A DNA stretch of 64,000 bases, taken from contig NC_042999.1 of assembly GCF_006345805.1 (NCBI RefSeq), forward strand, positions 139,996,001 to 140,060,000, written 5' to 3'. A program made the translations under genes and the position numbers. The notes under the pieces are model-generated. The model saw only the letters and a list, made by a program, of their open reading frames with translations, was not told the origin of the DNA and ran no database searches. Below are positions 62,752 to 64,000 of this stretch, in pieces; the stretch's first letter is position 1; each line of letters starts with the position of its first letter. Source of the stretch: Octopus sinensis (lineage: Eukaryota).

Positions 62752-64000
62752 AAATCAGAAAATGGAGAAATACATCTAAATCATTAATCAACTACCAGAT
62801 AATACCCAATCACATACTTTATTAAACCACTACATAAGAACATTAAGGTTAAACATAAAAATATATAATATGTACCTATTGTATTGTATTACTCATTCAT
62901 GTACGCTGTTTTGTTATATATTATATATATAGCAGTATATTGGATATATGTTATCCCATGGAGGGTTGAATTTGCAACCCCTATCTCAATTTGTATATAT
63001 ATAAATATATATAAATTTGTTAAAGCATATTACAATTGTTCAATCAAAAAGAATGCTTACTCATTAAACACAAGTGAGAATTCTTCAATAATCTGTAGCA
63101 CAAACATTTCTCAGGGAATCTCAGTGTTGTTAGTGCTTAGAGTCTCAGTACTTAGAAAGCTTGGTTTAACCTGTAACCACTTTATAAGATGCCCAATGTG
63201 TTAGGGATATATAATTGTGAAAGCAACCAAATCTTGCATTGCCCTCATTTCTAAGTAAATGTAAGCTGTGATTGGCTTACATCAGAACTACTTGACATCC
63301 AGCCTAGACTTTTTGAAATCAGCTTTCTTTCTTGGGTTTTAGCAATTCTTTGCTTGATTGTAGTTATAATATTCCATGCTAAGATCATTAATGTCTGAGA
63401 AGTAACTCATCAAATTAGCACTTAGTAACTCATCAAATTAGCACTTAGAACTCCCTACTCCCTTTTTTTTTTCTTAAGTTATTTCTACAGGTAATGTTTT
63501 ACCTTTCCATCAAAACTTTTCTCTTGGTTACTGCTTTCAACACAGCAACTCCAAATTGATAATTTCTTCTAAATAACATGAGCTTTCCTTTGGTTCTAAC
63601 AATGCTCATATCTTGTACCAATATAATCAAATCATTGAGAAGACTGGAAATATCAGCCAAATATCCCAGGCTAACAATAAAATATTCATCTTCAAAATTC
63701 TTTTCAAGAGAAAATTGTTAATGCATAAGAAATTCAATAACTATATCCTGATGTCACATCTGTGTGGTACCTTAAATCACAAAGTTCAACTCCAGTCCCA
63801 CCACATCTACTAATTAAGTTGACTGCACAACTTTAGTATCACTTTTTTTTTACTTTTCTTTGATATTGTTTTGGAGGTCAAAGCTGGGTGACAATAGAAT
63901 GCAGCAAATCTGGAGCTTTCTCCTTGACCAGGGTATCAAATCCAGATTTCTTGCCAATCATAGCAGAGGTTCATCTGTAGAACCAATCAAGTTCTATGAG

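Overview
This is repeat-dominated eukaryotic DNA. The tRNA-derived SINE families, dense microsatellites and LINE spectrum point to an octopus/coleoid cephalopod genome (inference). No complete protein-coding gene, rRNA, true tRNA gene or CRISPR array is visible. Most of the window is decayed transposons: RTE, CR1-group, R4/Dong-like, Tx1/L1-like and Penelope retroelements, one full-length mariner, several MITEs and many SINEs. Candidate 5' exons of an unidentified + strand gene lie at about 56.4-59.7 kb. The most interesting signals are: (1) three non-coding hammerhead-ribozyme (HHR) motifs at 41.4, 49.6 and 50.9 kb, including a tRNA-headed HHR element with an 11-bp TSD and twin-priming inversion geometry and a 182-bp HHR mini-element with a 16-bp TSD; (2) a TSD-bounded ORF1-only (half-LINE) Tx1-like element; (3) three long foldback DNA elements, two clearly formed by replacing the 3' end of a Tc1/mariner with an inverted copy of its 5' end. 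All coordinates were read by eye; SINE and LINE remnant boundaries are approximate.
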